DNA from: Chrysemys picta bellii
Lineage: Eukaryota
Assembly: GCF_011386835.1 (NCBI RefSeq)
Contig: NC_088796.1
Location: 130,138,001 to 130,202,000, forward strand
Direction of reading: 5' to 3'
Length of the DNA: 64,000 bases
In this document: piece after piece, positions 12,201-27,200 of the stretch
Numbering within the stretch: the stretch's first letter is position 1
Layout: each line of letters opens with the position of its first letter
Program-made: the position numbers and the translations under genes
Notes under the pieces: generated by a model
What the model saw: only the letters and a program-made list of their open reading frames with translations
Database searches by the model: none
What the model was told of the DNA's origin: nothing

Positions 12201-15200
12201 ATTCCTAACATCCTGTTTGCTTTTTTGACTGCCTCTGCACACTGCGTAGACATTTTCAGAGAACTATCCACGATGACTCCAAGATCTTTTTCCTGACTTG
12301 TTGTAGCTAAATTAGCCCCCATCATATTGTATGTATAGTTGGGGTTATTTTTTCCAATGTGCATTACTTTACATTTATCCACATTAAATTTCATTTGCCA
12401 TTTTGTTGCCCAATCACTTAGTTTTGTGAGATCTTTTTGAAGTTCTTCACAGTCTGCTTTGGACTTAACTATCTTGAGCAGTTTAGTATCATCTGCAAAC
12501 TTTGCCACCTCACTGTTTACCCCTTTCTCCAGATCATTTATGAATAAGTTGAATAGGATCGGTCCGAGGACTGACCCTTGGGGAACACCACTAGTTACCC
12601 CTCTCCATTCTGAGAATTTACCATTAATTCCTACCCTTTGTTCCCTGTCTTTTAACCAGTTCTCAATCCATGAAAGGACCTTCCCTTTTATCCCATGGCA
12701 GCTTAATTTACATAAGAATTTGGTGAGGGACCTTGTCAAAGGCTTTCTGGAAATCTAAGTACACTATGTCCACTGGATTCCCCCTTGTCCACATGTTTGT
12801 TGACCCCTTCAAAGAACTCTAATAGATTAGTAAGACACGATTTTCCCACGAGTTGGCATATATCAGTTATGGGGACTCTAAATATCTCACATCCACCCTT
12901 GTTTTGAGGCCCACCTGATAGAGAACTACTCTGTTCTTAACTCTGCATTCATTTCCTTGTCCGTATCCAGTTAAACTGGGCCCTTAATATAATTTCAATG
13001 CAACTGTCAGATTTGTGCTTTTTAAAATTTATTTATCATCATTCCCTACTAGGTGGATTCTGCTTATCTTGATCACGATGATTAAGCAGCAGATTATTCT
13101 TAGAAGCTTATAATTTCATTTACGTATGTCATGTACCAAGGTGTAATCAAGGGGCCTTATAAATAGCAGAGGTCACTATGACTAGATTTATTATTTCATT
13201 TTTTGTTAAACGAGACACATCACATCACATGCTCATTGAGTCAGAACCACTGAAATAGAAGCAGGTCTCATGCTGGATTCTCAAGAGTTTAATTTATTCA
13301 AGAAAGGTTGTAATAACCACTGACCTTATTTTTTATTAATTATAACAGTTTGAATTTAACTGTTACACATAAAAACAGGTAACTTAATATGTACAATATA
13401 ATTGCTACAAGCAAGTGGGATATTAGCAGTTTAATATAGGAATGCTGTGAGATAAAGGTAAAAAGTATATATTTCTCCTCCAGGTCATATTGCTTCTCAT
13501 GACTTTTTTTCAGAATGTCTGTTTTCTCGTCAAGATGTAAAAAATGGATTTTTTTTTGCACGTTTCCAGATAAAAACTGAACTTTGTCAGAATGATCGCT
13601 CTAATTTTCAGTATAAGCCTGTGAAACTTTGTAAGCTTTCTTAAAAATTGGAGCATGTGCACGAATTAAACGCTAAATGCAAAGCCCTCTAATTTCAAGT
13701 TTTTCAAATTTCATTGCATACATTCTGTGCAGACCTGCAAGATGCTAACACACGCCCAAACTAGCTCCATCTTCTAAAAAAGCTGTGGGAATAGATAGGC
13801 TGCTGTCTAGCTGGGAAGGCCATTACTCTGGGTTTAATTTGATTTTTAACAGCTCTGACTAAATGTATAACTATTCTGCTTAACTGCTGGCTTTACCACT
13901 CCCTGAAAGCAGAGTATCAGTATAAGCATCTGCAAACGCATTTACTTAGTCAGCACAGTTGACTTAAAACCTGTCTGTCAGTTTCACAAAAGCATGGGAA
14001 TCTGTTAATTATCTAATTATGAGGGTGATCATAAAAACCTCCCAATTCTGCACTGAATAATTAGACAATTGCTTTTTTAGTATGTTATCTCCCTCCTCTC
14101 TTCCACCTCACCAAAATAATAATGCACAGAGGGGATATTCTTAAAGCAGATGATTCCTCTAACCCGACACACACGAAGTGAGGGTTAGAATTTTGGTAAG
14201 ACTCACAATTTAAAAAGAGGTATCTGGTACAGAAAATCTCTGGCTTCAAAATCACTACTAATCATCCTCTAGCCACAACATGAACATAAAATAGGAGACT
14301 CGCAAAGGGATAGTGTGCACTGGTGCTTCATTATACTGAAATCTTGAAAATAAGTCAGTAGGAACTGATGGAGAGGAAGGAAAGAATCTGGAGGTTAAAA
14401 GAAAACTCTTCAATTTAATGTAAAAATATATTGTATTCATTGGATTCAATTACAAGCAAGAGTATATCACTAATAAAAGTGTCTTAAATGTAATGGAAAA
14501 GAATAATTAAAAAATAGACAACCTTGATAGTCTAACATAGTTTAGGATACAAGAAGATGCAACTCCCCAGTGGGCAGTATTGGGAAAATAAAGTCTCACG
14601 TTTGTGCTCTCCTGTATTATCTGCTGGTGAACTGCATCCCAGTGTCTGTTTACTGGGGTGAGAAGTATAATGCAAAACATCAGTACCCCTTGAGAGGGAC
14701 TCCAATACCATTCAGGGTAAAAGGAATAATTAAACAATTACAGGCCTCTTCATTGCATTTGTTATAAAACATTTAAATATTTAGCTGAGGTAATGTAAGT
14801 AATCACTGTAATTTTCCTCTCCTATGACCAGAATAAGCATAAGGGAGGGAAAGAATAAAGTATTTGTATCATGGCTTCTTGGCAACAGTTGTAAATGGTG
14901 ACGTTTTAGACTAATTAATATTTTTGCAACTATAGTACAATCATTCTTGGATTACTTTTTTGCTACAAAAGTGGGTCAGTATTCCATTTTGAAGTCAGTG
15001 AAGGGCATTATTTGAGCTGGTGTACCACATGACACTTGAATGACAGATGTTTAAGCTGAAATAAGAAAATACTCCTTTGAGAGGCGGAGGGTAATATCCT
15101 GTTGGAATATGCATGCTGCCTTCTTTACAGAAATACTTGTAAAAATTGCATCACTCCTCATTGTGACCATTGTCATTATAGTAGCACCTCTGCATTAAAC

Positions 15201-18200
15201 TCACAGCTCCTTGTTATGGTGTTATGAGGGTGGAGAGTATTGCATCAATTCACCTTTCANNNNNNNNNNNNNNNNNNNNNNNNNNNNNNNNNNNNNNNNN
15301 NNNNNNNNNNNNNNNNNNNNNNNNNNNNNNNNNNNNNNNNNNNNNNNNNNNNNNNNNNNNNNNNNNNNNNNNNNNNNNNNNNNNNNNNNNNNNNNNNNNN
15401 NNNNNNNNNNNNNNNNNNNNNNNNNNNNNNNNNNNNNNNNNNNNNNNNNNNNNNNNNNNNNNNGCAAAGAGATTATAATGGGACTTTGCTTGTTATCACT
15501 AGGTAATTGTTTTTCTCATTATTAGCTGTTTCATAGTACTGCGATAGGAGACTTTTAACATCCTCTAGCCACAACATGAACATAAAACATATACCATAAT
15601 AAGCCCTCAGGAAACTGTTCAAATGCTTTTTACTCAGTAGTCAAATAAGTGTTTCGAAAGAAGTATACATGCACATTCAGTTTTTATTTAAGATGGGTGG
15701 GAGGGATTGGACATTCTTCAGTGCTCTTGCCACAGCTGTTTAAGTCAACCAGAGGCAGCTGTACTTTATAATGCTCATCTGGCCCTTCCACTCATCATTT
15801 TGCCCACTCCCTGCACCACCTCCTAAAAATGAGAGTGGTGCATGGCATTATACTCTCATAAACCTGGGGCTTAGGCTTCTTTTGGTGTGTATGGCTTAGC
15901 TATTTGGCTGGGATTTTCAAAGGAGCGAAAGGAAGTTAGGTGCAATTGGGTTTGGCTCCTTTGAAACTCCTAACCTTGGTTTTTATGAATGCAAATGTTG
16001 TTGCAAATGTGTTACTAAAAGCTGGGAAATTCCCAATTCTGGGCCTTAGGTTTCTTGTTGATCACTGATATCACACCAAAGTGAAATGATTGTTTTAAAC
16101 AGACCCTATAAATGAAGGTAAAATTGTGTGCATCCAAATTTATTACATTTCTGATCAGCTGACTTCATTGGATTCTTCGTATGAGGCCCTTAACCTATTA
16201 AAAAACCCAACCCCTGCTGTTACAGCCATCTGTCAAAAGAGTGTGTGGTTAAAGAAAAAGAAATGACTGGCTGACTACAGGGTGTCACAAAGTCTATCGC
16301 AGCAAGACTCTGCTATAGCCAATCTGTCTCTGTAGTAGAGAGAGCTAGATCTTGACTGGAAAAAAATAAAACGCAAAATCACTTCTTGAAACCAGCTGCA
16401 AAGAAACCCACAGAACTTTTTCTTCCATTGCACTCCATAGTAATAATCATGGACCTGCAATAATTTGACCTAAAAGTAACAAGAAAATTAAGAATTTGCA
16501 AGCCTCTAGCTTTATTAGTAGGACCCTAACAAATTCATGGTCTATTTTGGTCAATTTCACGGTCATAGGATTTTAAAAATAGTAAATTTCATGATTTCAG
16601 CTCTTTAAATCTGAAATTTCATAGCGTTATAATTGTAGGGTCCCGACCCAAAAAGAAGTTGGGGGTGGGGGAGGGTCGCAAGCTTATTGTAAGGGGGAGG
16701 GGATGCACTGCTGCTGGCGATGGTGCTGCCTTCAGAGCCGGGCAGCTGGAGAGCGGTGACTGCTGGTCAGGAGCCCATTTCCGTAGGCGGAGCACCACGG
16801 CCACCAGCAGCAGCGCAGAAATAAGGCTGGCATTGTATGGTATTGGTATTACCCCATAAAATAACCCTGCAACCCCCCTGCAACTCCCTTGTGGGTCAAG
16901 ACCCCCCATTTGAGAAACCATGGTCTCCAGCATGAAATCTCTATAGTATACGATGAAAGCACACAAACGACCAGATTTCATGGCGGGAGATCAGATTTCA
17001 TGGTCCATGGTGCATTTTTCATGGCCGTGAATTTGATAGGGCTCTGTCTATTAGCAACACTATAGTTGGATTAGTGCCAGATTTTACTGTGCATATTTAT
17101 TGCCAAATTTTATATAAAATTAATGTAGTCCTTTAGGTTAAAGGGGGATAAAAAATGTGATTGCTTTCAGATCACTTTTTATGCTCCTTTAATGAAAAAA
17201 AATCAGAATGTTAGATTGTTTAGTTCACAAAGAAGAGCCCAATGCCTTTCACTTCAAAATGTAGCTAGTACACACACAATGCATGTTAGTGAGCGACAAT
17301 TTAAGGAGGGTTTTTAGCATGCTGTACCTGTATGTTGTTGGGACTAATACAGTGCCCATGCTGGCTCCCTGTGAGGGAGTTAGCTTCCCAAATTATAGGT
17401 GCGCTCTGGAAACAGATGCAGAAATATTTATGCACCAGTCCAAACAAATGAACTTTGAAGTGGCATGTTGCATATGGTGCCATAATGCCAAGTGCACAAA
17501 AACAGGGATTTAAGAGATGAGAAATGGGAAAATAATAAAGATTGGAGGAGGAAATGTGAAAATTGCAAGTAAAAAATTATTGCAGAATCAATAAAATTCA
17601 TTAAAGTACCCAATGTGAATAATAAAGATAAAGAACAAAGCAGTAATTTTTTCTTTGTAACGAACATGACATCTTAAATTACATACATCACAATATCTGC
17701 ACTTGTTTAGCATGTATGTTTGCATGCAAGTTCTCCTCTGCTGCTCAGAGTTGTGCAGTGTTTTCCTAACTCATGATATTAAACTCACACTTCTGTCATG
17801 TCCTCTTGTTTGTTCTATCACTGTCTGAATACATCTGTGTGGCTATGTTGTATATATAGTGTACTATGTAAATGCACACATGCTCTTTTTATTTAGCAGA
17901 AGCAGGAATTGTAGAGGCTACCTGACTTTCCTTGTGTATTTGTGTCATAAGTTTGAGAGCCATAGGGGGGAAAAATTCCTTTTATAAAAGATTCTATTAA
18001 TATGCAGTTATCTTTAGTGTAGTGAGTTCAGTTGAACTGCCTCCCCCTTGCTCGCGAAAAACAACACCTTCGTAGCGTGTTCCTGTCTGAAATAATTCCT
18101 CTGCTTATTATATTTCTCTCTTCTGCAGTGCTGTCCATGATTTTGATGGTGATAATCAGGTACATTTCAAGAGTACTGGTTTGGATCTTAACAATTCTTG

Positions 18201-21200
18201 TCGTTTTGGGATCACTTGGTAAGTCTTGTTCATTTCCTTGTTTCTGAGAGCCAAGTTCTGATCTCTCTCTCACCCCTCCCCCAATCGCAAGGTTCGTCAG
18301 CATCCTACTCAGAGCCACTTCTTCTTTCCTGCTTTACATTGACCTGTCTCCGGGTTCCATGGGGAAACTGCTATTTTTCTGGCTGAGGAGGACTGGATTA
18401 GATTGAGTCATTGCTGCTCCTTACCCAGCCAGACAATTGCTGCACCTCCTGCTAAGTGAATGAGTACGCACACCGCCATGACAACCTGGAGAATGACACC
18501 AGGAATCTCTCTAGAATCCTTACACTGCAGTGTAGATCCCTGTGGGGCAGAGCAGCGAGATCCTTAGGGGTGCCTGAGTTCTGCTCAATACATTTAAGCA
18601 GAGGGGAACATGGGTGGTTTTCCATCACTTTTCCTCCTCATTGCATACCTCCTCCAATCCTGGGGACTACTGCGGGAGCAGGGGGCTAGTTAGGCCCCCA
18701 GAGCAAGTAACAGTAGCCTGAAGCTGTGGGATGAATTAGACACGCTGGCTTTAAGATTCCAGAGAATCCTCTACGTAATGTGAATTCCCAGCTGTCCCAT
18801 TCCGGCTGCTTTCTGGCAGCTTTGATCTACCCCATTAACTTTAAATTTTGTGGAACTGAAGTTTTGTATTGTTGATCTTTAATAATGCCGGCAAAATAAT
18901 GGGTATGTGGGGGAAGTTAAATTCGGTGATAGCCGTGATTTAAGGTTAGAGTTAGAAAAATTTCAGTGGGCCAAGATCACTTAGCTTTTCTGAACTGCCC
19001 CACTGACATCTTATTACATGCTGAAAAACCGCACCAAGTGTGAAGACCTTAAAAGTTGTGTGTTGTGAGACACACTGCTTTGTTTACATCAGTTCATGTT
19101 TTTGAAAGTCCCATATGGTCGGCGGCAAATCTGGAATGTCCTGAGTCCCACACCTATCTTTTGAAATGAGTAGAATCAATCAGCTAAGATTTTGGCACGT
19201 CAGATAGGCACACTGCAGCTGAGTCTCAAACCTTGAGGTAAGGAGAGGAGAATTGGAGAGCGAAATATCAAAAGAAAAAGGTTCATTCATTGGAGGTATG
19301 GAATCCCAGATCAAAGGGACGGTTCTGTCTTGGAAAAATGGCTAGAGCCGGAGAGTGAAATCCTGACCGTATTAAAATCAATGGGAGTTTTGCCGCTCCC
19401 ATTGACTTCGGTAGGGCTGGGATTTCCCCCAGGGAGTTTAATGGGAGACACTTTCCTCTCTTCTCTTTAGCCTTTTATTTTTATTTTTCATTTTCCCATC
19501 TCAAGTGAGGTGAGCTGACTCTTCCCTATCACTCCTGCACTTCCAGTGCCTGCATCAGCTCTTCTGGAGGCAGGAACACCTATCTGTGATTTATTTGAGG
19601 TGCTGTTTCTGGTATCATGGATTTTCTCCCCTTTCCTTTCTCTCTCGCTGTCTCTTGGTTGTTTCCTTTCCTCTTTCGTGGTGGCACTTCTCTCTGAAGT
19701 GTTTACCCTTTCACTTATTCACCTTTCTTCCCTCTTCTTGTTTCTCTACATCCTCTCTGGGGCTCCCTCACTCAGTTCTTCCATTTTAATTTCCCATACA
19801 CCTCCCACCACATCATCATCTGTTCCCTACCCCCTTCCAGTCCTCTAATGCCTGTCATACGGGAGCAGTATCTGTCCTTACTATGCCTCCCCTGACTAGT
19901 GGCTTCACCCTGTTCTCTCTAAACCACATGAAATGAGGAGTACTGATCCAAGGGACTGCATGATTTTCAGATGCTCCTAGCAGGGTAGGAGCAGTGCAGG
20001 GAGAGCACCTGCTTGAGCCAGAGCACTCCCCCTTTAAAATCCTTCCTTTCAGAATAGCATCAGCCCACTTGGCTATTTTCTATCCGTTTAGACTGTGCTG
20101 TGTTTGGCTGATTCCATTCTTTGTGTCTGTTCTGTAGAGGGAAATATAGTATTTGTCCTGTCTTTAATTCAAAACATAGGAGGCACAGGAGTATTGTGGT
20201 GGCTGTATGCTAAGCAAACAAAGTTTGTCAGTGAAACGCTTACTGCTGATCAGCTTCAAGTAGCCAAAGACAATCTTCAGGCCCTCCTGGTCTATGCCAT
20301 TTCAGCGACTGTCTTCACGGTAAGTGCTTTGTCACTGACAAAATTGTATTCCCTTTTTCTATCATTCTTCCCATGTTCTTTGGCTTGTCAATGCAGGTTT
20401 TGTAATATGTGCATGAAAAATTGAAAGTGCTTCAGAAACAATATCCCTCTCTGTTTGTTGCTGCACTTTCTACTATTAGGCACTGTTCTGGTAGACACAC
20501 ACTCTCCCCTGACATCAGAAGAATAGATTGTAGGGCCTGAACCCACAGCTGGTCTGGGCCACGCTCAGAAGTCACCTGGGACTTCCATGCACAGAGCAGC
20601 TTCAAGATTGGACCCTTAATCTGTATGTTCACTTGCACTTGGGTCCTGTTTGTCAGATAAATCAAACATGCAACGCTGAGATGCTACCTCATAATTTCAT
20701 TTTAGTTAATAATACTTGATACAGGCATGCACTGTAATTAAACCTTTTTATAAACTTATCTGACAAGTTCTCCAGGTTCTGTTTCAAAATATAGGGCAAA
20801 TTCTGCCCTCGGCTACACCTGTGCAATCCCATTGCTTTTACTTGGTTGCACAATGCAATTGAGTGATAGAATTTGGTCTATATTCTTGTCAGTCTGAGTG
20901 TCAGTTCAAAAAAGTATTTAAAAGGTAGCAGGAGTCACTAAAAGTAGTTTGCATTGATAAATCAATCTCGAAATATTTGATGTAGGATTGAGTCGTGTAA
21001 ACTTGCAGGGCTTACACAAACTGTTGGAAGTGTGATTGGTTTGCTCTACTTGAAGATCCTGTGTTGTTTACTGCACCTGATGGTCTGCTTTTCGTCACCT
21101 AAAATGTCAGTTGGAAACTTCTCTCCTCAGGTTATCTTGTTCTTGATAATGTTAATTATGCGCAAGCGAGTAGCTCTCACCATTGCCTTGTTCCACGTGG

Positions 21201-24200
21201 CTGGCAAAGTTTTCATTCACCTGCCACTGCTAGTCTTCCAGCCCTTTTGGACTTTCTTTGCCCTCATCCTGTTTTGGAGCTACTGGATCATGGTCCTGCT
21301 TTTCCTTGGCACGACAGGTATGTGGGCACATTGCTTCTTTTGAGTAAACACTAGTACTTCCTTGTACAGACTTTAGATGTAGTTAAAATTTGAAAATAAG
21401 AATTGCTGTGCTCTGATATATCCCTTTGACTTTGAATGAGCACAGAGAGTACTTTAATACTGTGTTCTTGTGCACATCTGTATTCATCATCAGGTGTGAA
21501 GTTACCCATTGTTTGGTGCCCTGGAAGTGGCTTTCTACCATTATTTTGCCCCTGTTTGATGTGAGGAAGAGCAGCCGCAGGGCTGCTGTAACGTATGCAA
21601 GCACTATGTCTCCAAAGGACTGTCATGCTAGCTGGGACCTGTTTGAACACAGTGTGTTCTGGCTATGGCCTATTCCATATATAGCGGGGGGCCTAGGAAA
21701 GGAAGGTGGAGAGTTTATGATACCAGCTTTATGCCACTCTCAGATTTCCCCATGCCAGAGGAATACTTAGCTATCCTGTTAGGGTAGCTTTCAGACTGGA
21801 TAGTGTCTCATTTTTGGCTCTCACTGATTTGCAGAGTTACAGAAATTAAATGCAAAAAAAGCCTGTCAATACATCAGTAAAGACATACATTTTTTAAAAA
21901 GTCAGGAAATGTACAACTTCAAAGGAACCCATCAATCTGGTTTTATCTTCCAAAATTAAACTCAGCACATCTTTTGAAATAATGTCCTGCAATTTAAACC
22001 ATTATTTAAAATATTCAGAAGTGTTATTTCTGTTCCTTTCTGTGTTGAGAGGGTATTTTGGCTGGATCTGAGAGAAACATCACCAGCCATGCTCAGGTCT
22101 GTCCCTGGTCCTTCTTCCCCTTCTCTGTGCACACAACCAGCCGCCTGCTGCTTGCAATCTATTCATTTTCAGCTCTGCTGCAGCTGTTACTAGTAAACAG
22201 TCCCCAGCAGGGCCTGGTGCAACATCAGCAACCTGATAAAGTGCTGTCAAATACACAAACTAAACAAACAGAATAATAGAGGAAAAGTATTCTGCCGTCT
22301 TTCTGTTATGGTGATCTTATGGGTTACTTGTAACAATCGCATGCAGATCAATGTAATTTTCAAGTTAATGGTATCCTCCTGCAGAAATATTAATATAGCC
22401 ACTTGCCATAATATTCAACATATATGCAATCTCTTTAACAAAAATAAAAGGACTAGAAAATACTAGACATGCAATGTGAATATGCTAATATTATTGTAGG
22501 GGCCATAACTCTGCATTTCTTGACTTTTTTAATATATCTCCTATGACAGTAACATTACATTAACAGTTTTTTGCATTTAATTTTCCTCCTTTTCAGTGTA
22601 GAGCAAAGGATTAAAAAACGCAGTGACGCTCCTCTAAGGACTTAAGGCAGCACAAGCAATTTAGCCACTACTTAAATTGATAAATGCACATTTCTAAAAG
22701 GACGCGTGCATGCACAGAGTGTCGCTCAAAACGCAAATGCACAGTAGCCAATTTTCTGTTGTTTGTGACACTCTTAGGGCTGGTCTACATTAGACAGTTA
22801 GATCCACCCAGCTACCTTGCTTGGGGTGTGAAAAATCCACATGCCTGAGTGACATAATTAAGCCAACCTAAGTCCTTGTGTAGACAGTGCTTCCATCGAC
22901 TTACCCCCTGCCTCTCAGGGAGGTGAATTGACTACAGAAATCGCTGTAGGAAGTATCTACATTGAAGTGCTACAGCTGTGCCGCTGTAGCATTTTAAGTG
23001 TAGACATAGCCTTAGGAGGGGACATGCTCCGCAGTAATGAGGACTTTACACACCCAGTTTCAAGATAAAGGCCTAGAGGTTCACCTGAGCCCCATAGACA
23101 TTGCTGGGGCTCAGCAGAGGTACAAGGGTTTGCCTGAATAGAGGAGTTTGTAGGATTGGGGCCTAAAAGTTGCACTGATTTTAGTTAGTTCTGTACAAAA
23201 CAGTGGCAATAACTTTTCAAAATGGGAAATGTGTATTTCTCAGAAAGTTATAAGCATCTGGGGGAAGGGGGTTTAATGGAACTTGACATTTGAAACGGTA
23301 TGTTCACTACTTCACAAATGCTCTAATACAATATAGTAATTTTAACACTTTTTAGATCATACAACTATTTCAGCCTAACTGTGGAAAAATATTTGGGATT
23401 TTGGAGCCCTGTTTTTAACAAGGGACAGAGCTAATGGAATTTGGTTTTGGTTTTGTTTGTTTTACTGCTATAAGTTTAATTTGAATTATGAGATGTGATG
23501 TTTGTTATCTGGGGAACAATGAGTCACAATATTTTTCTTGTGCCTGAAAATGGTTGAGGTCCCAATTCTGCATTTTGAGCTGTGCGGGTAGACCCCTGCA
23601 CCCGCATGGACCCAATTGCATCAGCAGGGCCAAAGTTTGGGCTTTAATAATAAAAAGCTTTGCTCAGTTTTAATTGTTGGTAACCTCAGCCCTGGTCCTG
23701 CATGTACCTAATTTTATTCACTGTGAGTTGTCCCATTGATGTCAATGGGACAAAGTGTCAGAACATATTAAAGTTAAGCAAATATTGACGTCTTTGCAGA
23801 AACAAGGCCATACATACTATATATCAGTATTTCCCAAACTACTAAAAGCCAAAATGTATAACATTTTTCTAAAAATGAGTCAGAAGAAACTTGTTTTTCC
23901 AAATAGTAATTCACTAGAACAAAATTATTTTGGTAGTGGTGTTTGACTTCCAAGATTCATACAAATCTGAAACCATTCACATAAGAGATCTAGTGCAAAC
24001 CTAAGTGAAAACGCTAATGGCTTTCAATTTGGATCTGTTTTATGCACCTGTTATCTCCATTCTCTGTGTTTTCCTGAACCTCTTCTGCTGTTCACATCAT
24101 TTTGATGGGTGAGATGGACCTCCACAGTGAGTGCTAATGCTTTTTGAAATAGAGCATCCATTGCCTGAGGAAATCCTGACAGTGTCAGTGAGCTTATGTG

Positions 24201-27200
24201 AAAGTGCTCCTTGGATCAGACCAGTCTATTGGGTTTTAAAATATGTATAAAATTCTTTGGGAAAAATCTTCTCTTCTCAAACGCTGCTAATATTCTAGCA
24301 AATAGATTCTGTTATTCAAATATAGACAAAACACACTTAGAAACACTTGCACCATCAAGCAATAGAGGTCACCATTAATGTTGTTTGATCCAAACTAAAA
24401 AATATAAATTATGATCTTTAAATAAATTTCTGCAATTTTTGCAAACTATGGATATGAAGGGAGGGTGGCAGAAAATTCAGAATGACTTAGGTATCCTTCC
24501 ATTACATTTTGGAATAAGAAATCATTCTGCTTCATTTTTTTTTTTTCCAAATTGCCACATTAAAAAAAAAATTGTTAGCTAAGTTGGATGTTGCGTGTGC
24601 TCTGGAGAATTTTAAAATCCTTTCTCTGCATAATTTTTAACAGTAATTAATATTTTTGCAGGCTGACACAGCAGTATTATCTCCATTATCAACTGTCCAA
24701 CTACACTGATGTTAACGCTTTGTTAGGAGACAGAGCTGTCCCTCTTTAAATGATTGAGAGTTATTAGCTGAATTACAAACGATTCCTTCTTTCTAAGTTG
24801 ATATTGGCTATCTGCCTTCCTTCTCTGATTTGTTCCTAGGTAGCCCTGTCCTAAACGAACAAGGGTTTGTGGAATTCCGGGTTTTGGGCCCTCTACGATA
24901 CATGTGGTGGTACCATATGGTAGGGCTGATCTGGATCAGTGAATTTATTCTAGCATGTCAACAGATGACTGTAGCCGGGGCTGTTGTGACGTACTATTTC
25001 ACAAGGTGAGAACTTTTCAGACAGCTTTTTCTTAAGAGACCTAGTAACTGAATCATCAAAAATAACTGGGGCCAGAGCTTGTGGTGAAATGAGCAGATGT
25101 GTTCTGCCTGGAAGCTGAAAAGCAAAAGCAAACTTCTAAAATCAATAGTGTGTTTAGCTGGTTATGTGCAATTTGAAGATGTTAAGCACCAGAGTCTGGG
25201 TTGCCCCTAAGTCCCATATACACAATGAAGACCTAGATGATTCATTTTTTAAAAAAAGTAAAAAGCACTTTGACATTTATCTCTTTTCAGTAATAAAGCT
25301 GATAAGCTCCATTTAAATTAAAAGATGATTAGCGCTAATTGACTGGGATTACTTAACTGAAAAATACAGTCCTTTAATTCTTTTCACCCACTCGTTTGTC
25401 TGTTTCCTAAGATTACATAAAGTCCCATTAGAAGCCATCATTTTCATATGAATTCAGATTATATACTAATGTTCAAGTGAAGCAAAATATATGTATTAAA
25501 TCTCCATGTACCATCACTGTGCGTGAGTCCTAATTTGCAAATCATGCTATATTCATATCAGCTAATGCACATGTATCTCAAGTACAAGGGAGGGATGCAT
25601 CACATATCCTTAGGATAACTCCTAATTGATAGTATTGCAGTGTTAAAAAATAATGAGAATTAAAAATAAATAAATCTGAGCTTTTAAAAAAAATGTTAAG
25701 TCTCTAAGTGCATGGAGATCATGTTTTTAAGCTTTTTTTCTACCACAATAAGGACTAGAAACTTTTATTTTTTTTAAATGCAAGCTGAGGTTCTCAATCA
25801 CAGAGCTAGGAGATAAGGCTTTAAGAAAAACACTATCACGAGTCTTGCAATAATTTTTTGAGAATGAGCAACACTGAAGTGATATCGAGTGTTTTTGCTA
25901 ACATACAACTGTTGGCAACATTTTTGATTAAGGAAAGAAATGATGCTATTGAACTTATTCGCCTCTTCTTTTTTTTAAAGTATATCTTTCTAACGTGAAA
26001 TTTCTCAAAATGTAACTAACTGATATTTTATAGTTCACTATATATTTGTTTAAAAAAAGAAATCTCTGTGCTCAACAGTCTGATAATTTAAGTTACACTT
26101 CCTATTCTAAATGGTCTCAAAGTAGTTTGCAAACAGTAGAAATACAGCACCTCTGGAAAAATGCAGCTACTTCTGAAGCAGAGGGCATCAGCCGTGATGC
26201 ACAGCAAGAGTGGTTGGAGTAAGGGAGGAAAATATCAACCCATGACAAAGCCCTTGTGCCTTATTAAAATTGCCATAGGGTCGTCAGTGTCCATGCAGAG
26301 CAGAGCAAGACCTTGGTTTAAATGTTCTCTCATATGAAAGATACCTTACAGTAATTTATTTTCATTGATATCCCTGCTGTGCTGTTTTTACAAATGTACA
26401 GTTTTCAAAAATTGTACATAACTAGGAAATACACAGTAGGTAGGAATAGTCTTGCCGCAGCATGTTGCTGGGCTAGATGATTTAAGAGATCTTTTGCATC
26501 TCCAACATCTGTGAGTTTATTAACTGCATTTTACCTGAAGGTAAATGAATTTGCTCTTACCTGCTCCCTATCCATCATCCCTTAATGGGAACTTTGAGTT
26601 ATTAAATATCCATTTCCCTCTACTACACCTCTACCCCGTTATAACGTGACCCGATATAACACCAATTCGGATATAACGCGGTAAAGCAGCACTCCGGGGG
26701 GGGCGCGCTCAGGCGGATCAAAGCAAGTTCGATATAACGCAGTTTCACCTATAACACGGTAAGATTTTTTGGTTCCCATGACAGCGCTATATCGGGGTAG
26801 AGGTGTACTTTGCTTTCTTGCATATTAAAGTGTGGTTCTAGTCTGAAAAGTGAGTGTGAAAATGGTATACTGGGGTTCCACGTTGTTAATGATTTCTAGA
26901 TCAATGTACATAATTTCCATATAGGAAGATTTTTGTTTAACTGCTAGCCCTGATTCTCACCTAGGGCTCTGAAAGCCAAGATGGGCTCTTTGCATTTCAT
27001 GCAATGCTACCAGTCATAAGTAAGCTTGGCAGAATTCGTTTTTTTTTTATTATTATTTTGATGGATAATATCAATGTTCATTTCAAGCATTTCATTCCAT
27101 CTTTATTTATTTAAATTTTCACAGTTGAGGGGAATGAAGGGGAAAAGTCAGACTTATTTAACGACAGTAGACAATGAAAATCAGAAAGTTAAAGTTTTTA

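Noticed and set aside
15241-15259. Possible start of exon 6 just before the gap (tgcatcaattcacctttca)
   Set aside because: It translates as ASIHLS rather than APIPFF and has no adjacent polypyrimidine/AG acceptor.
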